A stretch of 64,000 nucleotides of DNA from Eledone cirrhosa (GCA_964016885.1 OZ024742.1:7750001-7814000), one strand, 5' to 3'; numbered from the stretch's first letter, positions 27,801-39,732 are shown. Notes: generated by a model from the sequence alone, not told the origin. Numbers and translations are program-made.

Positions 27801-28085
27801 AGTATAAATAAGTAAATAAATAAAATAAAGTAAAATAAGATAAATAAATATATACACAAGCACAATAACAACAAGGACATAAACACACACTAGTCACCCA
27901 GCAGACACAACACTATACACACTAGTCACACAGCACACACAACACTGTACACACACGCAAACGCATGCGCAAAGAAGACAAAATAAAATAAACAAACAAG
28001 CAAATAAATAAATAAAAATATATAGACAGACTGAATAAAAAATGGCGCAGACATACAACACAACAGGAGGAAAAAAAAAATATAA

Positions 28086-28128
28086 CACCACTGACGATGT
28101 TGCAGATGTGCAACGAAAGATTTATGTA
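28086..28128 (+). ncRNA. Minimal hammerhead motif in PLE 3' UTR (mirror ~22138-22180, minus strand)
   Basis: CTGACGA-t gttgca gatg tgcaac-GAAA-gatt-TA-tg; weak stem I. Confidence 0.6.
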
Positions 28129-28394
28129 AATTATGTAAACTATATATATGTCTTTGTGTCTATATTGTATCTGTATTATTTTTGACCGTCGGTCAGTCAA
28201 TGGCAACATTGAGGACCGATTAAGTTACATCGCAGATATAAAAGACAGCGAGAAGCGAAAACCAACCAAACAGTGAGTGTGTTCTGTTATTAATTCTGGC
28301 AATATTACACAAATATGACCCTCCCCAAGTATAACAATATTTGTTTCGACACACGATTTCATATAAAAAACCTCGCTAAACTAATTCATCGCCG

Positions 28395-28428
<34 letters not shown>

Positions 28429-28525
28429 ATTAAAATACTGGAGCGTGTTGGAGTTAAACACCCTCTTCGTATTATAGAAATGACAGTAAAAGGTATAGCT
28501 CAATGTAATTAAACAGAGCCGAAGA

Positions 28526-28656
28526 ATTATGAAAGTAAAACAAAGAAGAAGCCTTCAATACATCAAAAGTCTTTATTAGCCAACAATGTTTCGAAACATT
28601 GTTGGCTAATAAAGACTTTTGATGTATTGAAGGCTTCTTTGTTTTACTTTCATAAT
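28526..28656. repeat. Palindrome centred on tttcgaaa (3' half of an HHR/pLTR folded back)
   Basis: aacaatgtttcgaaacattgtt; each arm reads gaaac...aataaa outward. Confidence 0.8.
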
Positions 28657-28668
28657 ATATATATATAT

Positions 28669-28732
28669 TAAAGAAAAAAGTAAAGTAAATTCTACGACCT
28701 AGGTCGTAGAATTTACTTTACTTTTTTCTTTA
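28669..28732. repeat. 64-bp perfect palindrome
   Basis: Centre acgacctaggtcgt. Confidence 0.85.
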
Positions 28733-29012
28733 CACTTATTTGCTTTTCTTCACTCTCAGTATTTTTTCTTTCCTATATATTTCTACCCCCCATTGTTCTA
28801 CCTACCGTTCCGACTTCCTCCCCCTCTCCCTCCCCTGTATCTTCTTTGACCTCATGCCCAGCTGTAGCTGGCACTACCAACGCTTGATTGGGTCTACTCC
28901 ACCACCTCCCCTCTTTCTCCTACTGGCAGGTTTAGCCACCATCTCCCCTACTAATTTGCAACCACAGAATTACTACTGATTTTTGACAATCACTTTGACC
29001 ATATATGGAATT

Positions 29013-29106
29013 ACCCCTTGAGAAGATCGGCTATTTAAATACCAGGATAAATTTTCATTTAGTCCAGAATTAGCCGTCGAAACGGCTTGAGCTCAGCTGT
29101 CGGGGT
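29013..29106 (+). ncRNA. Type I hammerhead with U3-A8 core, family B (mirror 29286-29379, minus strand)
   Basis: acccc-TTGAGAA-gatcggcta...tagccgtc-GAA-Acggct tgagctc agctgT-C-ggggt; all three stems pair; GUC site at 29099-29101. Confidence 0.7.
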
Positions 29107-29116
29107 CTTACTGGTT

Positions 29117-29276
<160 letters not shown>

Positions 29277-29378
29277 AACCAGTATACCCCGACAGCTGAG
29301 CTCAATCCGTTTCGACGGCTAATTCTGGACTAAATGAACATTTATCCTGGTATTTAAATAGCCGATCTTCTCAAGGGG

Positions 29379-29436
<58 letters not shown>

Positions 29437-29440
<4 letters not shown>

Positions 29441-30645
29441 TAAAATAACAGATTAAAGTTTAGGCAAAGAATCGGTGCTTTCACCCATAACGGGATCTTC
29501 TGAAACTAACAAAGTCAATCTGTGAACGCAGAAGTGAGTATTTCAAGAACGTTTTAACCGGAGGAAGACAGGAAGACGATACTTTGGTTCGTGGAAAGGT
29601 TCCCTGGCAAAGAGCGGGAAAAAACGAATATAATACGTCATTATTTGGAGCGGTGAAAAACAATTACACGCAAAGACAGAACCACGTTTATGGTATAAAA
29701 GAAGTCGTAGACTAATATTCTCTTAGGTGGTTCATAGAGACGTTCTCTGGCAATGAACGGAAAAAACGAAGATAATACGTCATATGTGGAGCGTGGAGAA
29801 CAATTGCACGCAAAGACAAAACCATGTAAATGGTTTAGCTGAAGTCGTAGACTAAAATTCTAACTAGGAAATCGAATGATTCTCGGCTTCAGAGTTAAGA
29901 GTAAAGTAAATAAAATACAATACAGAGGTAATTGAAATGAAATAAATACATACAGGCATCCATATGTGTACATACACAGGCATACGCGAAAATACTCACC
30001 ATAGGTATACAAATACACACACACACACACACAAAAAACAAAAACAAAAAAACGCACCTACATACAGTACCTACGCAACGCCTGTACCCGCACGCACGCA
30101 TACGAATGTATACACCAAATACACATAAAAATATATATAAAAATAAAAATATATATATATAAGTGTGTGTGTGTGCATGTATACATATGACCTACGTGCG
30201 TGCGTTTTTTTTGTTTTTTTTTGTGTGTGTGTGTGTACGTGCGTGTATTGGTATACCTATGGCGAGTATTTTCGCGTATGCTTGTGTATGTACGTATTTG
30301 GATGCGTGTATGTATTTATTTAATTTCAATTACCTCTGTATTTTATTTACTTTATTCTTAACTCTGAAGCCGAGAATCATTCGGTTTCCTAATTAGAATT
30401 TTAGTCTAGGACTTCAGTTATACGATTTACGTGGTTTTGTCTTTGCGTGCAATTGTTCTCCACGTTCCACATATGACGTATTATCTTCGTTTTTTTCATT
30501 CATTGCCAGAGAACGTCTCTATGAACCACCTAAGAGAATATTAGTCTACGACTTCTTTTATACCATAAACGTGGTTTTGTCTTTGCGTGTAATTGTTTAT
30601 CACCGCTCCACATAATGACGTATTATATTCGTTTTTTCCCGTTCT
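29437..30645. mobile_element. Family I element with long internal inverted arms
   Basis: Arms ~29613-30060 / 30190-30645; ~140-bp internal subrepeats; HHR-like motif 29457-29507 (minus). Confidence 0.7.
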
Positions 30646-30666
30646 TTATTATTATTATTATTATTA

Positions 30667-31428
30667 TTAGTTTTTGAGTCTCAGTATCGGAGTGTTCTTG
30701 CTATTCCCAGCAAGCATGTCTTTTGAAGCGTTCCAAAAAGCGTGAAGGGGCCAATTTTCTTTAACCATCCCTGGAAACTTTTTGAGATAGTCCCTAGTGC
30801 GCCTATGACAATCGGGATCACTTTGACAGTTCCAAATCCTTTGATAGTTCCAAATCCTTTGGCAGTTCCAAATCCTTTTTACCTCCCACTTTAAGTCCTG
30901 GTATCGGTTAATTTTCTCCCTCTCCTTCTCTTGCACTCTCGTGTCGAATGGGCAGGCCACATCCACAATCAGGCACGATCTTTTTTCTTTGTCCAAAACC
31001 ACCAGGTCAGGTCTATTGTGTTCCAGTTTCTTGTCCGTCTGTATCCTCAAATCCCACAGCACCTTCACCTGATCGTTTCCTATCACCGCCTCTGGCTTAT
31101 GCTCATACCACTTCTCAGAATGTGGTAAATTGTTTACTTTGCATAGGTGCCAGTGGATCACCCTGCCCATCACATCATGTCTCCAGCCCTTATAGTGAGT
31201 CTGGGCTAGGTGTTTACACTCGGATAAAATGTGAGCCACAGTCTCCTCTCTCTCTCCACAGATCCTGCACAGTGGGCTAGCCTCCTCTTTGTAAATGTGG
31301 TGTTTCAACCACTTCGTTTTGAGGGCCTGCTCCTGCGCAGCCATTAACATTCCTTCTGTAGCCTTTTTAAGGTCTCCTCTTTTCAACCAGTTCCATGTCT
31401 GTGGATCTCTAAATTCAGTTTTCTCAAA
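30667..31428 (-). mobile_element. 5'-truncated Dong/R4-like non-LTR retrotransposon (zinc knuckle + restriction-like endonuclease)
   Basis: AAQEQAL.T, CRICG..ETVAHILSEC, RHD, LWD, RPDLV, DVACP, EKINRYQDL; (TAA)n on both sides. Confidence 0.9.
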
Positions 31429-31668
31429 TATATTATTATTATTATTATTATTATTGAATGCTATGGTTGACGGAGGCTCGGCTCTGTAAGGTATTGTAAA
31501 TTTTGACCGCTATAACAATTGTAAATTGTTTAAAACTTTAACCAACTTGTAGACAAAAACACCCTCCTCCTCGTGAGAGGGGTCTTTCTGCCCGTTATTT
31601 GGCCCTTCGGGGTTAAATAACCGCTTATTGTGGTTTTGTGCCCAATATTTATTTTAAAAAAAAACAAC

Positions 31669-33817
31669 ATGGCTACGAAAAAGAATTTTCATAGGTCACT
31701 CCCACTCATTCCGTCTTCTTCTTCCGCAATCGTCACTACAGCAGAGAGAAGATTGTCTCTCTCCCTCCCTTCTTTAAATGTGTCTCTCTCCTTCCCTTCT
31801 CTTTCGCAAGCGACGACAGAAAAGAAAAATCTCGTGCAAAGCGTGCAAGATTTCTCCACGACGACGACGACAACGACGAAACAGGTGTGCGGGAATTACG
31901 AAAACCCATTTCATTCGTGTGACGTCAGGAATAATAACAGTAGCAGCCGTAATAACAACAGCAACAGTGACAATGAAAACAACAGTAGCAGCGGCAACAG
32001 CATCAGCAGCAGCATAAACAACAACAGCATTAGCAGCAGCAACACCAACAACAACCACAGCAACAGCGGCGTCGGCAGTAGTCGTAGTACCTGCAGCAAC
32101 AACAAAAGTAACATCAGCTGTGACGACAACAACATCAACAAGAGCAGCAAAGAAAAACCAATCTCGTTTGCAGGTATCGCAAATAACCTGGAAACCATCC
32201 TCATAACAAATGAGGAATTAGAGGAAGCGAAGAAGATGGTGACAAAAACTGGACACCGAGCAATCTGCAAGGCAGCGGAAAAATATTTCGAAACCCAACA
32301 GCACTGTACGGTCACGTACCGTACAGTAAGTACAAAATCCCGTAGGGTTGAAAGAGCCACAGAGGCTCAAATACAAAAAGCCTTGGGGTCTGTGTGGCAG
32401 CGGAAAACGCACATCACCCGAGGCAAGAAATATACCACCGTAGACGTACTTTTTGTCACACCCCAGGAGGCAACGGCTCAATCCTTAGTGACCCTAAGGA
32501 GCGAGGAAATGGTGTTTGTGCCCTCCTACTGCGGGCAAAAAATTGTGAGGGTCAAACTGAACACGTGCCCCCCCCCCCCCCCCCCCCGGGATGGCCCCTT
32601 CTTGGCTGGCCGCGGCGTCTGTCCTCGCCGGAATCGAGGACAAAACAACTGTACTGCAAGTACAGAAAAAAGTATGAGAAGATTGGGTCGGCACCTCCAT
32701 TGAGATGTTAATCCAAACCAACCAGGAGTGCATCGAAGCTATCCCGGATGTGATAGACTTCGATAACGGCACTCAACTGCCCATAAGTGTTGAGGGCAAA
32801 CGCCCGAAATGCTTTCGCTGTGGATCGAAGACTCACCTCGGGCCTTCTGCAACGAGAAGACCCTGAGAAAGGAGAAAAACCCCCTCCTTCCGAAACCAGC
32901 TCCACGGCTACCAGCAACAGGACAATCGGCAACCAGGAACGATAGGTCCGTGGCACCCATACCCACGCCACGGAAATCAAAACCAGCAGCAGCAGTGGAA
33001 ATATTAACAACAACAACAGCAATACCAAATGCAGCTGCAACAGAGACTCCAGTGCAAACATCACCAACAACAACAAGTGAAAGAGTGGAGCTGGTACCCC
33101 TCCCCGACCTCACAGAATCAGACATGGAGTGTGAGGTGGGAGAGGGATAGCAAAGGGTCGTAAGAAGGCACAAACGCAGAAGCAGCGCATCGTCGCCTTT
33201 GAAAAGGGAGGAAAGAAATAAAAAAAAGGGTAAAGGCTACTGCAAAGAGACTCACAGCAGCAACACCACCAACACCATCACCACCCACACTAGCACCACC
33301 ATCACCACCGGCGACAACCCCACCGCCAACAACACCTTCAACACCACAAGGACCAACATCGCAAATACAACAACAAAACACACACACCCAGCAACAACGA
33401 CAAGAAAATAACAGAACCACACCCCACCCCCAGAAAAACAAATGCACGGCAATAAATACACACAACAAGAAACTAATGACTTATATGATTGAACACACAG
33501 ACATTTCACAACACGACTACATAATACCAGCACCAATCAAAACGCCAACTAACATAAGACTGCTAAAAATAGCACAGAAACAATACACAAACATTAAAAC
33601 GAAATTCCCCAACGCAGTTGGTGATTTCAGAGACCTAGGAGGGACACTCAACCGAAGAGTATATTCGGACATACTCATAGAAGGGCCGACGACCAGCCGA
33701 AGGGACGATTCAACGGTCCCTTCACCAGACGATCAAGTGAAAAGGGATGGAAAAACCATCCCTCCTCTACGAAAAGTACGCTGTGTGGTCTTTCCCATCT
33801 TTTCCACTCTATTTTAA
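31669..33817 (+). pseudogene. Tx1 ORF1 (gag-like, CCHC knuckle), frameshifted
   Basis: ATG at 31669; C-run 32568-32588 shifts the frame; KCFRCGSKTH at ~32807-32837; low-complexity N/S/T tracts. Confidence 0.65.
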
Positions 33818-33819
33818 AC

Positions 33820-36800
33820 ATGACCTCACTCAGAATAGGCAGCATAAATGCGCGTGGCTTGGGGTCGTCATGGAAGCAGGGTCACCTGCTCAACGACCTC
33901 AGGTCACTAAACATAGATGTAGTGGCCATCAGCGAGACCAGAATCTCCGAAGCACGGGCCTTCGCACCAATTTTCGGCGGCTACGATGTGTACGCATCTC
34001 CCAGCCGTCCTGGATCGGGGGGAGGAGTTGCTGTGCTTTTACGGAGAGGTTTGGATCTCGCCATACGGGCCATCTTCCTGGACCCAGAGGGTAAGTTGGT
34101 GGTGCTGGACGTGACCAGCGGAGACGGGCAAGCTTTCAGGCTAGTGGCCGTCTATGCCCCGACAGGAGCAGGGCGGCCTGATTTCTTCCGGCGTCTGGAG
34201 ACCTTTCTTGGAACGTCCCGCTCTTTAGTGTTAGTGGGCGACTGGAAGGGGATCTTAGATGCACGCTGGGACTGTGTGGGATTAGTGGATAGGGGTGGAG
34301 GGTGCAAGAGCCTCACCAACCTGCTCAGGCGTTTTGAACTGTCTGACAGGTACCGATTGGATTTCCCGAATGTGCCAATGTGGACTTGGACAAATCGCAT
34401 AGGGTCATCCAGATCATATCTAGATAGAGTATTTTGTAGGGAAATAGATAGGTCTAGCATAGGCTGTCCACAATTCAAGATAGTCAGCTACACGGACCAC
34501 AAATTCGTGATCTGTGTGCTTGACTTAGATAGGCTTCATAGACGAGGACCCGGCTACTGGAAGCTAAACGCGTCCTTACCAGCGCGCAAGGCCTACAGAG
34601 ACCGGATTAGCGAACTAGTTAAGCGGGCATCGACGGGGGCCATCGTCAACAACAAGTGGTGGTTTGCTCTGAAAAGAGCGATTAGAATAGAATCGATTAG
34701 GTTTAGTAAGGCTTTAGCAATAGAGAAAAATAGAGCAGAGGGAGAACTATTTAGAAAATTAGACGAGGCGCTTAGCAAAGGCATTGCGACCGACGTGCTT
34801 GCGGCGAAATTGGCCCTTGACCAATTCTTCAATGCAAAGCACGAAGGCTGCGTTGTCAGAGCTAGGGTGCGTGCTCTTAGACACGAGGGGACGAAAGCCG
34901 TTCAATGGGCCCGAGTGGCGGAGGCGCGTCATGGCAACAAAGCCACGATCCGGTCTTTGGTGGACCGCGACGGGCGCATGCTACTCGATCCCGGGCAAAT
35001 GTGTGAAGCTTTTCAGCGACACTTCGCTCAGCTGTTCGGTGGCAGCGGTGGGCCGGGTCGAGGGATGGAGTTTAGTGTCTATCTCGACGGACTGCCGCGG
35101 CTCTCGGCCACTGAGGCGGAGTGTTGCGAAAAGCGGATAACAGCCGCTGAAGTACGGGAGGCAATGACTGGCTGCACAAGGGGTAAATCGCCTGGTTTGG
35201 ATGGTCTGCCCTATGAACTTTACGTACAGATGCCAGACTTGTTCGGAGGCCTCTTGGCGGACGTCTACTGCAACAGGCAACAGAACGGGAGAATTCCCAG
35301 TTCTGTGAGCCGAGGAGCGGTGGCACTGCTGAGAAAGAATCCGAACAAGGGGGATAACATAGATCATTTCCGGCCCATAACTCTGCTAAACACAGAGTTC
35401 AAGATTTTGGCCAAGGTGCTAGCAAAGAGGTTGGTGCTTGTCGTTGGTGGTCTGGTGGGAGAGGCTCAGACATGCGCCATTCCCGACAGATCCATCCACG
35501 ACAACCTCCACCTGATGCGATACATCGTAGAGAGGGTAGCTAGGGAACCTGGCACGGGTGGGTGCTTGATCAATTTAGATCAGTCTAAAGCTTTCGATAG
35601 GGTCGACCATCGTTACCTAGCGGCAGTCCTGAGGGCGGCTGGCTTTGGGCCCGTCTTCAGAGGCTGGAACGCTGCCATGCACAGCGACATCTGCTCTGTG
35701 GTGAGAGTGAACGGTCACCTGTCGGAACCGTTCAACATCATGCGCTCGGTCCGCCAAGGATGTCCCCTCTCGTCCCTCTTGTACGTATTGACTCTCGAGC
35801 CATTACTGCACAAACTGGAGACGTTGAGAGGCGTCCCGCGCGAACTAGGATGCGGAAGATCCATGTCAGCATATGCGGACGATGTCACCGTAGTGGTGTC
35901 GAACGCCAAACACATCGAGGCGATCGGCACTACACTAAGAGAATACGAAGCGGTGACAGGAGCAATGATCAACCAGGAAAAGTCAGTGGGCCTGCAGCTC
36001 GGCACCTGGAGAGGCAGGTCCATGCCGTCCAACAGCGTCGTCGGACGCTGGACGGACGGACCGGTTAAATTGATAGGGGCCTGGTTCGGTCCGGACCACC
36101 AGACGGACAAAAACTGGGACGATGTGACGAGCAGGGTGGCTTCTCTCACCCAGAAATGGGCGGAGAGGAAGCTATCCCTGAAAGGTCGAGCGGAGGTGGT
36201 TAACGCGTACATCGCGTCTGTCATCTGCTACCGCCTGACCGTCATACCTTGTCCAAAGCCCCGCCTGACTGCGCTGGAGCGTTTGCTCTTTCGCTTTTTG
36301 TGGAAGGGACGCGCTCCGATGGTCAGGCGGTCCATCTGCTGTCAACACCCGCTACGTGGAGGGCTGGGAATGCCGTGGCTGATGATGCGCAGACACGCGC
36401 TCAGGCTACGACATCTCCACCTCCTCCTCGACGGTGATCAGGTGTGGTCGCCGTTTGCTAGACACGTATTTCCCCAGCTCGTTTCCTTGACGGAGCTGCA
36501 GTCCTGGGTCAAGCGAAGACCGAGAGGGAGCGCCTGGAGACTGGAATGTCTTCAGGCACTCACAGCCCTCGACCAATCGGGCAATGTGATCGGTGGAAAC
36601 TCCACCTCGGCGTTCTATAGAGGATTAGTGGAGGGGAAGAGCGACGATGTACTTGGAGAAACTCTAGGCGTCGACGAAAATCAACTAGCCAATCTCTTCG
36701 GAAGAACTTTCGGGCCAGGGTCTATGGAGAACTTCCAGAAATCTCTGGCCTGGCAGTGCTACCGAGGAGCCTTGCCAGTTCGGGATAAACTCTACAGGCA

Positions 36801-36885
36801 TGGAGGTGCCGTCAGCCGGGCATGTCCGAGATGTGCGCAGGGCGACGAAACCGTCCTGCCCGCACTCGTCCAGAGTAGAGAGTAG
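33820..36885 (+). CDS. L1/Tx1 ORF2: AP-like endonuclease + reverse transcriptase, C-terminus truncated
   Basis: SINARGL, ISET, VYAP, GDW, SYLDR, TDH, PGYWKLN, KSPGLDG, FRPITLLN, DQSKAFDRVDH, VRQGCPLS, AYADD. Confidence 0.92.
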   Translation: MTSLRIGSINARGLGSSWKQGHLLNDLRSLNIDVVAISETRISEARAFAPIFGGYDVYASPSRPGSGGGVAVLLRRGLDLAIRAIFLDPEGKLVVLDVTSGDGQAFRLVAVYAPTGAGRPDFFRRLETFLGTSRSLVLVGDWKGILDARWDCVGLVDRGGGCKSLTNLLRRFELSDRYRLDFPNVPMWTWTNRIGSSRSYLDRVFCREIDRSSIGCPQFKIVSYTDHKFVICVLDLDRLHRRGPGYWKLNASLPARKAYRDRISELVKRASTGAIVNNKWWFALKRAIRIESIRFSKALAIEKNRAEGELFRKLDEALSKGIATDVLAAKLALDQFFNAKHEGCVVRARVRALRHEGTKAVQWARVAEARHGNKATIRSLVDRDGRMLLDPGQMCEAFQRHFAQLFGGSGGPGRGMEFSVYLDGLPRLSATEAECCEKRITAAEVREAMTGCTRGKSPGLDGLPYELYVQMPDLFGGLLADVYCNRQQNGRIPSSVSRGAVALLRKNPNKGDNIDHFRPITLLNTEFKILAKVLAKRLVLVVGGLVGEAQTCAIPDRSIHDNLHLMRYIVERVAREPGTGGCLINLDQSKAFDRVDHRYLAAVLRAAGFGPVFRGWNAAMHSDICSVVRVNGHLSEPFNIMRSVRQGCPLSSLLYVLTLEPLLHKLETLRGVPRELGCGRSMSAYADDVTVVVSNAKHIEAIGTTLREYEAVTGAMINQEKSVGLQLGTWRGRSMPSNSVVGRWTDGPVKLIGAWFGPDHQTDKNWDDVTSRVASLTQKWAERKLSLKGRAEVVNAYIASVICYRLTVIPCPKPRLTALERLLFRFLWKGRAPMVRRSICCQHPLRGGLGMPWLMMRRHALRLRHLHLLLDGDQVWSPFARHVFPQLVSLTELQSWVKRRPRGSAWRLECLQALTALDQSGNVIGGNSTSAFYRGLVEGKSDDVLGETLGVDENQLANLFGRTFGPGSMENFQKSLAWQCYRGALPVRDKLYRHGGAVSRACPRCAQGDETVLPALVQSRE

Positions 36886-37242
36886 AGAGGGAAGTGCTCT
36901 CTTCCCAGCATTTTGTTGAAAGATGGGTGAGAGAAGCAAGAATGGCCCGAGTGAATGGGCCTACTCTGAGTATATATCTGTAAATTAAAGGTGGAAAACT
37001 GGGAGAGGGCACTTGCCTTGGTGGTCAGGGTCATTGTGGCTTTTTACTGGGCTTTCTCCACAAATGTCCCTCCGAAGTCTCCCCCCTATTGGGGAATTTT
37101 TCATTGTTATTTTCATTGTTATTTTTGTTACATCCTCTGTTTTTGTTTTTTACACGCAGAAATGCCCATTTGTACCGTCCTGCATTGTCCTGCACTGTCC
37201 TTAATGTCTACTTTATGTAAACCCTTGTGGTTAATAAAGAAA

Positions 37243-37301
<59 letters not shown>

Positions 37302-37490
37302 GGGCGGTGAATTGGCAGTATCGGTAGAGGGTTAGACATGCTTTCCAGCATAGTTACGTCCCTTTACGATCTGAGTTCAAATCCCGCCGAAGTTAACTTT
37401 GCCTTTCATCCTTACGAGGTCGATAAAATAAAGTACCAGTAATGTACTGGGTGATTGTTGGCCTTGTGCCTAAAGTAGAAACAATTATTA
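37302..37490 (+). mobile_element. tRNA-derived SINE
   Basis: A-box-like tggcagtatcgg, B-box gagttcaaatccc, att-repeat tail; multiple copies in the window. Confidence 0.8.
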
Positions 37491-37495
37491 TTTTT

Positions 37496-38540
37496 ACTAA
37501 CTGACGTACCCAGCTTCGCCCGGGTAAACAGATGATAAGAGAATACAGGTAAAAGAGAAAATGACTGTATTGGATGTTTGTCTGGTTAGAGTATGAGGCG
37601 AGTCCGTGGTGTCTGTGTGATACAGAAAACTGTAAAAAAAAATCTTCCAGATATACCAGATTCTTCGTTGTATAGTATATGAACAATTCTAGGTGCTCCC
37701 ACCTACAATAGTGACCTCTAGGAGATGGTTCAACTTCTGTCTGACTGTAAAACGTGTATCATTGCATAGACGTGGTTGTTCCACGTTTCTCTTTTATATT
37801 ATATGTAGATATAGATATAGGTAATTAATATAAAAGATGATGCTCAGCACGCCGTCGCTGCTTGGCTCCAGTGTTTCGTCGGCGTTGTTCAGCCAGCTCC
37901 TCTTCATTCATGGCGGCACGTCTTCGCCTCTGAAGTTCGGCGTGCCGATGGCACTGTTCGGCCCGTTTTTCTTCATTGCTGGCTGCACGCCGTCGCCGCT
38001 GTAGTCCCTGTTTGATAAAGTCGAATTGCTTTTATTATCAGTATTCATTTCGAGCAATTGTCAAAACATGACACAATAATAAATATAAAAGATGTCCGTC
38101 AATGTAAAAAAAAGGTCTCTATTAACTCCCTTCACAACTCTGTGTATGTTAGACTGACAGACAGGTACACAGACAGATAAACTGCGTGGCGATTGTGGAA
38201 CGCCCCACATACACACACATACACGAATGGAAACGCGCACACGTTCGGAAACTTACACACGCACCCGTGCGCTTATACACACTTACACATTCACACATGT
38301 TCATAGTTTTTACTTTCTGTGGAACGCTGCACGTACGCACACACACATAAACATACGCGCACGTACATACACACGCACACATGATAATAGTTACAGCGTT
38401 CACTTTGTCTCTCTGTTTCTTACTCTCCCCTCTCACTCACTCATTAGCATTATGCATATTAATTTAAGTTTGGTGTCATTGAGGTGGGCGGGGTCGTTTG
38501 AAACCTATGAACCGATGATAATCGAGAATTAAGACACACG
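37496..38540 (-). mobile_element. Helitron-like element (3' hairpin end) with an Arg/Glu-rich coding remnant
   Basis: Minus-strand end acccgggcgaagctgggt..ttagt; 37830-38008 reads LQRRRRAASNEEKRAEQ..LQRRRRAAMNEEELAEQRRR; distal boundary uncertain. Confidence 0.45.
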
Positions 38541-38560
38541 GAATACTGAAGTTGTTGAAA

Positions 38561-38615
<55 letters not shown>

Positions 38616-38662
38616 GTCCCCTACGGTATGCTATACTTTCTGTTGTTCTCCTGTCTCGCTGC

Positions 38663-39049
38663 TTAACCGTTAATATGCATAAGGAAAGGATATACTTTCA
38701 GACGTTCAATCATCTGGCAGGAAGGTATATGGTGCTGACGATAGCTAATAAGCTTGAAACTAGTACATCGTTCCTGTGTCAGTGTTGAACAAAGAGGCGA
38801 TGATGGTTGCCGAACACTGTACGATTTAATTCGGGTTGTTTGTTTGTTTACAAACAAACAAACCGAGGATTATAATAAATGTTCGGTAAACCCATACGTA
38901 CATATATATGTGTGCATGTGTGTATATATATACATACTACTGTACGTCTGTATACATATATGTATGTACGTATACATATACATACATACTTACATTTAAG
39001 TATCAGCCGTACTAAGAGTGAGAAATGAAATTTCGTTTCATTCTTTTCC

Positions 39050-39052
<3 letters not shown>
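38663..39052 (+). mobile_element. Family R monomer with HHR at 38731-38769
   Basis: ggtg-CTGACGA-t agct aata agct t-GAAA-ctag-TA-catc; ends in (TA)n. Confidence 0.78.
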
Positions 39053-39083
<31 letters not shown>

Positions 39084-39104
39084 TTTGTTCCCTTATATAT
39101 TAAT

Positions 39105-39146
<42 letters not shown>

Positions 39147-39299
39147 ATTAATATATAAGGGAACAAAGAAACAGTGTTGCATCATATACATATTTAATTA
39201 CATATTACATATGTTTCACTGTCGATCACCTCGAGGAACGATCTATTAATGATTGAATCTGACTCTGGAATATATATATGTATATACATATAATATCTC

Positions 39300-39560
39300 C
39301 GACACTATGGGCGTGTGGTTAGGAAATTGTTCAGGGAAGAATCGCTGGACAGATTTAACGGGCAAAACCAACCGGCAGGAGACCCAGGGGTAGACTGCGA
39401 GAAAAATGGTTGGATGCCATCCATGTGATTGGCTGGTCCCTCTTTGGGATCAAGCGGGATCCGTTGGAAACGGTTGATTCTGACAGGATCGTATGGAAGG
39501 AGTGTTTGAGGATTCTACCCCCACGACCCTCTCAGGAATAAGTGGGTGAAGATGATGAAG
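39300..39560 (+). mobile_element. Decayed LINE (RTE-like) 3' end
   Basis: GRVVR...RPRGR..W motif remnants, ending in gaa repeats. Confidence 0.45.
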
Positions 39561-39585
39561 AAGAAAAAGATATATATTTTATTGT

Positions 39586-39624
<39 letters not shown>

Positions 39625-39635
39625 TGTATGTGTGT

Positions 39636-39732
<97 letters not shown>

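Larger units (their letters stand above)
21925..28397. mobile_element. Penelope-like retroelement: plus-strand monomer 24250-28397 plus inverted 5'-truncated copy 21925-24250, inserted in (TA)n
   Basis: PLE RT motifs (PPLYGLRKDH, TRPV, GSMDVVSLYPSI, GAAIG, YSRYVDD, LPVLD) and GIY-YIG (VVYSI..YIGETARS..ER); left arm is the reverse complement of 26016-28340. Confidence 0.95.
31456..37244 (+). mobile_element. L1/Tx1-clade non-LTR retrotransposon, near full length, in an (ATT)n array
   Basis: ORF1 + ORF2; 3' end aataaagaaatc; (ATT)n at 31432-31455 and 37245-37301. Confidence 0.92.

Noticed and set aside
37302-37390. tRNA gene
   Set aside because: A/B boxes belong to a multi-copy SINE head; no cloverleaf
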